Origin: a virus
Lineage: Duplodnaviria > Caudoviricetes
Reading direction: 5' to 3' (one strand)
Virus record (IMG/VR): IMGVR_UViG_2896384573_000007
Span: 4,318-68,317 of that record
DNA length: 64,000 bases
Shown one piece after another: positions 58,292-64,000 of the stretch. The notes beneath the pieces are model-generated. The model had not been told where the DNA came from and searched no databases. It was given only the letters and a program-made list of their open reading frames with translations. A program made the translations under genes and the position numbers. Every line of letters begins with the position of its first letter. Positions within the stretch are counted from its first letter, which is position 1.

Positions 58292-58664
58292 CGGCGAATG
58301 GTTCGTGTTCGCCCATTGCCCCGCCTGCGCCACAGGCCATGCCTTCCCGCAGGCGCTCTATGACGCCGGGATGATCCGCCGCGACGGCCTGTCGATCTAC
58401 TGCCCGAACGGCCATCCGTGGCACTACACGAAAGGCGAGACCGAGATCGTGAGACTGCGGCGCGAGCGCGACCGCTTGCAGCAGAAGCTCGCCGAGGTGG
58501 CCGACGAGCGCGACGCCGCGATCCGCTGCGCCGAAGCCAATGCCGGGAAGGTGCGGCGGCTGGAGACGCGCAGCAGGAACGGTCTCTGTCCCTGCTGCAA
58601 TCGTTCGTTCGTCAATCTTCGCCGCCACGTCGCGACGAAGCATCCAGAGTTCCGCGCCAACTGA
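58272..58664 (+). CDS. Zinc-finger protein with coiled coil
   Basis: CPAC...CPNGH; C-terminal CPCC...H....H. Confidence 0.65.
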   Translation: MQRVLHNGEWFVFAHCPACATGHAFPQALYDAGMIRRDGLSIYCPNGHPWHYTKGETEIVRLRRERDRLQQKLAEVADERDAAIRCAEANAGKVRRLETRSRNGLCPCCNRSFVNLRRHVATKHPEFRAN

Positions 58665-58676
58665 AAGGCGAGACCG

Positions 58677-59228
58677 ATGCACACAGCTTTGACCACCGAG
58701 ACGACCTGTCCGTTCTGCGGCCAGCGGTATGACGCCGCCTCGGCGCTTGTTGGAAACGCCGATCCGGGGAAGGGCGACGTGACGCTGTGCATGAACTGCG
58801 GCGAGTGGGCGATGTTCGACGATGTGCCAGGCCGTCTCAGGAGGCCGACCGACAGCGAGTATGAGATGATCGTCGCCAATCCGATCACCGGCAAGGCGCG
58901 CAGGATCTGGCAGCAGCTGAAGGAAGAGCGGCAGAAGAAAAAGCCGAAGCTCTCCACCGAGCAGAAGTTTGACGCGCTGACGAATCCAGATCTGAAGCTC
59001 GACCAGCAGTTCGATCTGGCATGCCAATTTGCCTACACCAATGCGCCGCCTGATGCGGCCCTGCCTCTCTTGAAGCGCATGTTCCTGCTGGGCGCGCTTG
59101 TGCTGGGCACGAGGTTGACGGGCGCGGCGAGGCAGCGGGATCCGCGCAAGGGAGCGCAGGAGATCGACCGGCTGATGGCCGAGATCATGGAGCAAACGAT
59201 GGGCACGCTCGGGAAGGTGAAGCCATGA
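58677..59228 (+). CDS. Hypothetical protein with N-terminal Zn ribbon
   Basis: CPFC...CMNC. Confidence 0.65.
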   Translation: MHTALTTETTCPFCGQRYDAASALVGNADPGKGDVTLCMNCGEWAMFDDVPGRLRRPTDSEYEMIVANPITGKARRIWQQLKEERQKKKPKLSTEQKFDALTNPDLKLDQQFDLACQFAYTNAPPDAALPLLKRMFLLGALVLGTRLTGAARQRDPRKGAQEIDRLMAEIMEQTMGTLGKVKP

Positions 59229-59296
59229 GCGACTTCCAGCTGATGCTCGTCTTGATGGCGTTTCTCGCCGTCGTGGTGCTGACGATTTTCGTCTGA
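59225..59296 (+). CDS. 23-aa membrane micropeptide
   Basis: MSDFQLMLVLMAFLAVVVLTIFV*; ATGA-coupled to the upstream gene. Confidence 0.5.
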   Translation: MSDFQLMLVLMAFLAVVVLTIFV

Positions 59297-59313
59297 AGAA
59301 AAGGGAGGAGACC

Positions 59314-59769
59314 ATGCAACACGTTCGTTTCACCGACCAGCAGATGCGCATTCTCGGGCTGGCCAATATCATCGAGCGGATTCCCGACCACCGCTTCAAC
59401 ATGGAATGCTGGCTGGACCATCGCTACGAGCCGTCCTGCATCGCCGGATGGGCGGTCTGGGAGATGATCGGTGCAAGGCGTGACCGCAGCGACATCATGC
59501 GCTCGATGTCGATCCCCGAGGAGGCGGCGCGCTACCTCGGCGTCTATGGCAGCGCCATGCGCAGGCTGTTCACGCCGATATGGAACGATCTCCATGACGG
59601 AGCCGCCGCCGACTACGAAGCGGCGAACGATGCGCGCCGGCGCATTTCCAGGCAATGGGCCGCAGCCACGCTCCGGCACCTGGCCGCGACCGGCGAGGTG
59701 GACTGGAAGGCGGCGCAGCGTGGCATGCGGCCCTTCGCATGGCAGCCGGTGGTGGGAATGGTGGCATGA
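59314..59769 (+). CDS. Hypothetical protein
   Basis: GGAGGAG RBS; FNM..W....CIAGWAV motif. Confidence 0.65.
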   Translation: MQHVRFTDQQMRILGLANIIERIPDHRFNMECWLDHRYEPSCIAGWAVWEMIGARRDRSDIMRSMSIPEEAARYLGVYGSAMRRLFTPIWNDLHDGAAADYEAANDARRRISRQWAAATLRHLAATGEVDWKAAQRGMRPFAWQPVVGMVA

Positions 59770-60089
59770 ACACCGACCGGCCCCAGTGGGTGAAGGAGAC
59801 CGACCGGGCGAGCGAGGCGATGCGCTTCGCTGGCTCGGAACTGCTCGACGCCGCCAAGGATATCTGCGGGATGGAATCGCTCGGCAATGACGACGATCTC
59901 GTCTTTGTCCCCATCATCGTTCTGGCGGCGGTGCACCGACCGTCGGAGTCGCTTATCGCCTCGATGTGCAATTTCACATCTGAGAACAACGTCGCGTCCG
60001 TAGCGCGGCTCCTGCATCTGACCGCCGACCATCTGGAGGGCAAAACGCACGACGGCCAGTTCGTCGCCGAGAAGGGAATCGTCCGATGA
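59766..60089 (+). CDS. Hypothetical protein
   Basis: ATGA-coupled at both ends. Confidence 0.55.
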   Translation: MNTDRPQWVKETDRASEAMRFAGSELLDAAKDICGMESLGNDDDLVFVPIIVLAAVHRPSESLIASMCNFTSENNVASVARLLHLTADHLEGKTHDGQFVAEKGIVR

Positions 60090-60355
60090 GCAGGAACAAC
60101 CACACGCTCGGCGACGGCCCGATCCAGCCCGACCTCGTCCATCTGATGAACGGGCTGGCGCAGGGCATCGACGAGATCCTGAACGGCCACGGCGGGAAGA
60201 AGAGGAACGGCTTCGTCGTCATGGTCTTTCCGTTCAACGATCACAATGGTCGCTGCAACTACATCTCCAACGCCTGCCGCGAGGACATCGTCGTGCTGCT
60301 GAAGGAGCAACTGGCCCGCTTCGAGGGTCAGCCGGAGATGAAGGGACACTCATGA
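60086..60355 (+). CDS. Hypothetical phage protein
   Basis: GFVVMVFPF...RCNYISN..R.D motif; ATGA-coupled. Confidence 0.65.
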   Translation: MSRNNHTLGDGPIQPDLVHLMNGLAQGIDEILNGHGGKKRNGFVVMVFPFNDHNGRCNYISNACREDIVVLLKEQLARFEGQPEMKGHS

Positions 60356-60609
60356 ACGACGATGGCGTAAGACAGGCGCTCGAGCATCTGGCCAAGCAGG
60401 GATTTCTCTCGGTCGACAAGGACGGCGTCGTAAAGCTGCGCCCGCCGCGAAACTACATCTGGCAGCCGCAGGAGGACATCACCGCCTATGAACTGGCCCG
60501 CGCCGTCGAGGTGATGTTCGTCGCGATGATGCAGCAGGGCGACTGCGACGCCGCCTTCGAACGGCTGCCCGACGAGGCGAAGCGGCATTTCGAGGTGGTC
60601 AAGCCATGA
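60352..60609 (+). CDS. Hypothetical protein
   Basis: ATGA-coupled. Confidence 0.6.
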   Translation: MNDDGVRQALEHLAKQGFLSVDKDGVVKLRPPRNYIWQPQEDITAYELARAVEVMFVAMMQQGDCDAAFERLPDEAKRHFEVVKP

Positions 60610-61016
60610 AGGTCTACTGGCAAAAGCGCGGCGCGCATGTGCGCATGCGCGTCTTTCACAATGGCAGGATGGGGGATCTCTGCTGCGGCATTGACGAATT
60701 CGAGACCATTCGGCGGGCGATGATCGGGGCCGACTTCGAGGAGGAAGCGCCGCCAGACACGGTGCCGATGACCGGCATGGACGTTCTCGCGCGGCGGCAT
60801 CGCATCGCCGTGGCGATCACCGACGAGATCAACACCTGCGCCAGCGCCGAAGAGCAACGCGACCTGACCGAGGAGATCATCAAGCTCGCCATCGGCGTCT
60901 ACACCATCCGCTTCCGCGACGTGCCGCGCGCCATGCGCGAGCAAGGCATGAAGGAACTGTGGCATTTCACCGCCGATGTGATGAACGGCCACCGCAAAAC
61001 GCTGCTTTATCCGTGA
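60606..61016 (+). CDS. Hypothetical protein
   Basis: ATGA-coupled. Confidence 0.6.
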   Translation: MKVYWQKRGAHVRMRVFHNGRMGDLCCGIDEFETIRRAMIGADFEEEAPPDTVPMTGMDVLARRHRIAVAITDEINTCASAEEQRDLTEEIIKLAIGVYTIRFRDVPRAMREQGMKELWHFTADVMNGHRKTLLYP

Positions 61017-61025
61017 GGTGCGGCC

Positions 61026-61403
61026 ATGACCAGCGAGCAGGACATTCCCTATCTGGCGATCTTTCCGGGCATGCGCGAGGCGACGCATTGCGTCGCGCAT
61101 CTGCCGGACTTCACCAGCCCGCGCTTCTGGCCGAGGCTGCGCGAGGTGGTCGAGGCGGTGGTGGGCGATCCGTGCGAGCACGTCAAGGTTTTCTGGGCCT
61201 TCCCCGGCGATGATGGGGCCTCGTACCACGACCTGTTCGTAAACGAGATGGGCCAGATGCGTCGCCTGCCGCGCAACGAACTGGCGACTAGGATCTACCG
61301 CAACAACGTCCTCACCCACGATCCTCTGCGGTTCCCGACGCCCGAGGCGCTGCCGTGGATCGCGGGACCGGCGGTGCTGTTCAAGGAACGAGTGTGGCGA
61401 TGA
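61026..61403 (+). CDS. Hypothetical protein
   Basis: GAGGTG RBS; LFVNE.G....LPRNE.AT.IY...I.GPAV motif. Confidence 0.65.
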   Translation: MTSEQDIPYLAIFPGMREATHCVAHLPDFTSPRFWPRLREVVEAVVGDPCEHVKVFWAFPGDDGASYHDLFVNEMGQMRRLPRNELATRIYRNNVLTHDPLRFPTPEALPWIAGPAVLFKERVWR

Positions 61404-61533
61404 CGACAACCGATCCGAGCACGAATTATCACGTTAGCGAGATCGAACAAACCAAAGCGTGCATCGGCGGTAACATAGCGCCGCCCCCGGGCATAGGGAA
61501 GGGACGCCCGCGCACAATGGGAGAGACCCGACG

Positions 61534-61689
61534 ATGGAGAAGACCTTTGACGAGGCCCTTCTGGACCTGATCGACGAATATATGCTTGCAGCCGAACAAA
61601 ATGGAAATGGCGACGTCGACGAGATGCGCGAGGACATCATCTCGGCGCTTGAGCTTAGGCTCATGGCGTTGAAGGAGGAGAGCGAGTGA
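61534..61689 (+). CDS. Small acidic protein (51 aa)
   Basis: GGGAGA RBS before ATG 61534; not in the ORF track (<60 aa). Confidence 0.45.
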   Translation: MEKTFDEALLDLIDEYMLAAEQNGNGDVDEMREDIISALELRLMALKEESE

Positions 61690-61690
61690 G

Positions 61691-61915
61691 ATGTCCGAGG
61701 CGTGGAACGAGCAGGACACTTCGGCGGTCGTCCAGGCGGTCGCCGAAACAAGGGATCCGGCCTTAGCCGCCTGTGCCGTGATCGGCGGCATGATCGGCGT
61801 GCTTGTGCATCATGCGGGTGACGATTTCACCCGCGAGGTGCTTGGACGGATGGCCAGCCTGTCGCTCAAGCCGGACGCCGCCAATACGAATCGCCGGGAG
61901 GGAGATGCGTCGTGA
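61691..61915 (+). CDS. Hypothetical protein (74 aa)
   Basis: GGAG RBS; overlaps the xis start. Confidence 0.5.
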   Translation: MSEAWNEQDTSAVVQAVAETRDPALAACAVIGGMIGVLVHHAGDDFTREVLGRMASLSLKPDAANTNRREGDAS

Positions 61916-62163
61916 AGTCTGCCGACAGCTTCGCATATCCCCCGCGCGGGCTTACGCGCGTGGAGGCAGCGCGCTATATCGGCGTGGGCTTGACCAAATT
62001 CGATGAAATGGTCGCCGATCACCGCATGCCGAAGCCGAAGCGCATCGATGGCCGCACGGTATGGGATCGCGTGGCGCTGGACGTCGCGTTCGGCGCGCTG
62101 CCGGATGAGAAGGATGGCCTGCAGGCATTGATCGACGCCAGCAAACGCAAGGCCCAGCATTAA
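61912..62163 (+). CDS. Excisionase / AlpA-like HTH
   Basis: PPRGLTRVEAARYIGVG.TKFDEMV..MP.P...VWDR..LD. Confidence 0.8.
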   Translation: MKSADSFAYPPRGLTRVEAARYIGVGLTKFDEMVADHRMPKPKRIDGRTVWDRVALDVAFGALPDEKDGLQALIDASKRKAQH

Positions 62164-62184
62164 GCCGGAATTCCCTTTCCTTCG

Positions 62185-62219
62185 GTTACAAGTAACGCTA
62201 GTGTGGCGTTATCGGTAAC
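62185..62219. promoter_or_regulatory. Nested GTTA(C)/(G)TAAC palindromes, probable TA operator
   Basis: GTTAC-AA-GTAAC, TAACGC-N7-GCGTTA and GTTA-TCGG-TAAC directly upstream of the antitoxin. Confidence 0.55.
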
Positions 62220-62241
62220 ATGAAAGGAAAGGAGTTGACCG

Positions 62242-62478
62242 ATGACCAATGCTCAACGCCAGCAGCGCTTTCGCGAGAAGATGCGCGCCGCTGGTTTTAA
62301 GCCGGTGACGATTTGGGTGCCGGACACCAGCAATCCGAAGTTCGTCGAGGAAGCGCGTCGTCAGGCTGAATATCTCGCCGCGCAGCCGCGTACCGAAAAC
62401 GACGATTTTTGGGATGCGGTTGCGGAGGAAAATTTCCGCGAGATCGATGAAATGGAACGCCGGAGCGAAAAGGAATGA
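62242..62478 (+). CDS. Antitoxin (DUF3018 / MazE-like)
   Basis: QRFREKMRAAGFKPVTIWVPDT..P.F.EEARRQ. Confidence 0.82.
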   Translation: MTNAQRQQRFREKMRAAGFKPVTIWVPDTSNPKFVEEARRQAEYLAAQPRTENDDFWDAVAEENFREIDEMERRSEKE

Positions 62479-62798
62479 AGCGCGGCGATCTGGTAACCGT
62501 GGCGATGCGAGGCGACAACGGCAAACCACGTCCGGCTGTTGTCATTCAATCGGACATCTTTCTTGCCACCGACGGCGTGCTGGTCCTGCCGTTGACGACC
62601 ACGCTTCACCCAATGCCGATCTATCGCATCGATGTCGAGCCGTCGCCCGAGAACGGGCTGCGCGAACGCTCGCAGATCATGCTGGATCGCCTCGGCCATA
62701 TACGGCGTGAGAAAATCGGTGACGTCATCGGCCAGCTCGACCCGCAGACTATGCAGCAGCTTGAACGACTGCTTGCCGTTTTCCTCGGCATCGCATGA
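62475..62798 (+). CDS. PemK/MazF-family endoribonuclease toxin
   Basis: MKRGD.V....GKPRPAVVIQSD, PLTT, SQIM.D motifs. Confidence 0.92.
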   Translation: MKRGDLVTVAMRGDNGKPRPAVVIQSDIFLATDGVLVLPLTTTLHPMPIYRIDVEPSPENGLRERSQIMLDRLGHIRREKIGDVIGQLDPQTMQQLERLLAVFLGIA

Positions 62799-62812
62799 AG
62801 GGAAATTGAAAA

Positions 62813-64000
62813 ATGGGAAGACCACACAAGCATCCTGACTATCCCGGCATCTCCAGTAAGAAAAACCGGAAAGGCGAAACCATCTGGCGCTACCGCGCCA
62901 AGGGTCGGCCCGACGTCACCTTGCCCGGTGAGCCCGGTGATGAGTGCTTCCACGCCGCCTATCAGAAAGCCGTCAACGGCAGTTTGACCATTGCCGACAT
63001 CGTTGACCTGCCCGGTCGGGCTCTGCCCTATACCTTCGGCAAGGCGCAACGGCTGCTCGAACAGACGATGGAGTGGATCGATTACGACGATGCGACCAAG
63101 GACAAGAATTCGCGGATGATCGAGGCATTCCTCGAAATGCAGGTCGATCCCGACGCGCCGCTGAAATGGCGCGACGTGCCGGTGAAATTCATGACGGCGA
63201 AGCATCTACGGGCGATCATCACCGGCATCTACGCGACTCGCAAGACGGTCGCCAAGCACACGCTCGTCGCTATCCGCAAACTGATCAAGGTGGCGATTGA
63301 CGAGCAGTGGATCGAGCCGGAAGACGATCCGTCGCTGACCATTCAGGTGCGGCTGCCGGAGGCCGAAAGCCACAAGCCATGGCCGAAGGACATCCGCCGC
63401 CGGTTCGAGGCGCGCCACCCGCCGGGATCCGCAGCGCGCACCTGCTATGCCCTCGGTCTGTGGATGGGCAATCGGCGCGGCGACATCGCCAATCTCGCTT
63501 GGGAGCATCTGGTGATCGTGGACGTCGAACTGGACGATGAGATCGTCGAGGTCGAGGCCTTCCATTTCCACCAGCACAAGAACCGAAAGCGGACGGGCGG
63601 CAAGGAGATGTTCATTCCGGTCGTCGACGTCCTTGCAGACGCGCTGGCACCGCTTGACCGCTCGAAAGGCGGCACGGTGCTGAAAACCGCTTACGGCAAT
63701 GCCTTTTCGGAAAAGTCGCTGACCAACCAGATGGCGGTGTGGTGCCAACAGGCCGACGTTCCGCCGGGTTACACGCTGCATGGTTTGCGGTCGACCTTCG
63801 GCACTTACCTCGCCGAATGCGATCTTCAGGCACGCACATTGATGACCGCCATGGGGCATTCGTCGATGAAGGTCACCGACAAGTATATCCAGCAGATCAA
63901 CGACCGCCGCATGATGGTGATAGCGGCTAAAGCAATCAACGAGCGGGAAGCCAAACAAGCGGCGAAGACCCGGCGCAGTGCGCTGCGGCTGGTCAAATAG
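62813..64000 (+). CDS. int: Tyrosine integrase
   Basis: Catalytic R (GNRRGD), HxxR (LHGLRS), H (MGHS) and Y (KYI). Confidence 0.93.
   Translation: MGRPHKHPDYPGISSKKNRKGETIWRYRAKGRPDVTLPGEPGDECFHAAYQKAVNGSLTIADIVDLPGRALPYTFGKAQRLLEQTMEWIDYDDATKDKNSRMIEAFLEMQVDPDAPLKWRDVPVKFMTAKHLRAIITGIYATRKTVAKHTLVAIRKLIKVAIDEQWIEPEDDPSLTIQVRLPEAESHKPWPKDIRRRFEARHPPGSAARTCYALGLWMGNRRGDIANLAWEHLVIVDVELDDEIVEVEAFHFHQHKNRKRTGGKEMFIPVVDVLADALAPLDRSKGGTVLKTAYGNAFSEKSLTNQMAVWCQQADVPPGYTLHGLRSTFGTYLAECDLQARTLMTAMGHSSMKVTDKYIQQINDRRMMVIAAKAINEREAKQAAKTRRSALRLVK

Noticed and set aside
62163-64000. att core or integration-target tRNA near int
   Set aside because: The integrase stop is the last base of the window; no tRNA or terminal repeat identified, so att must lie outside

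Overview
The whole 64 kb is one temperate siphovirus-type prophage of a GC-rich alphaproteobacterium (Rhizobiales-like, inferred from its PraR/PhrR-like, GcrA-like and DUF3489 genes). It runs from inside the tail-tip gene J (cut by the left edge) to a tyrosine integrase ending at base 64000; no att site is inside the window. Left to right: lambda-like tail (J, I, K, L, M, tape measure, chaperones, tail tube), HK97-like head (portal, protease-capsid fusion, two collagen-like genes), terminase genes, HNH, a replication/methylase block, a cro/cI switch, a recombination/early operon, xis, a MazF-type TA pair and int. About 25 kb of cargo sits in four blocks. (1) A predicted defence triad (FRG, HEPN, GHKL-ATPase-nuclease) inside the tail operon. 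(2) A divergent small-gene island between terL and the capsid gene. (3) A 6.5 kb membrane/secreted-protein cassette bracketed by two copies of a cos-like sequence. (4) A complete type I R-M system whose HsdS has two ~91% identical target-recognition domains, with an unknown gene between hsdS and hsdR. Reading the DNA directly also showed a shared TGCC-N5-GGCA operator-like motif at both switch promoters and at two distal loci, an iteron-like cluster behind the helicase gene, and a non-canonical A9 frameshift site in the tail chaperones. All family assignments are from motif recognition by eye; no database search was run.
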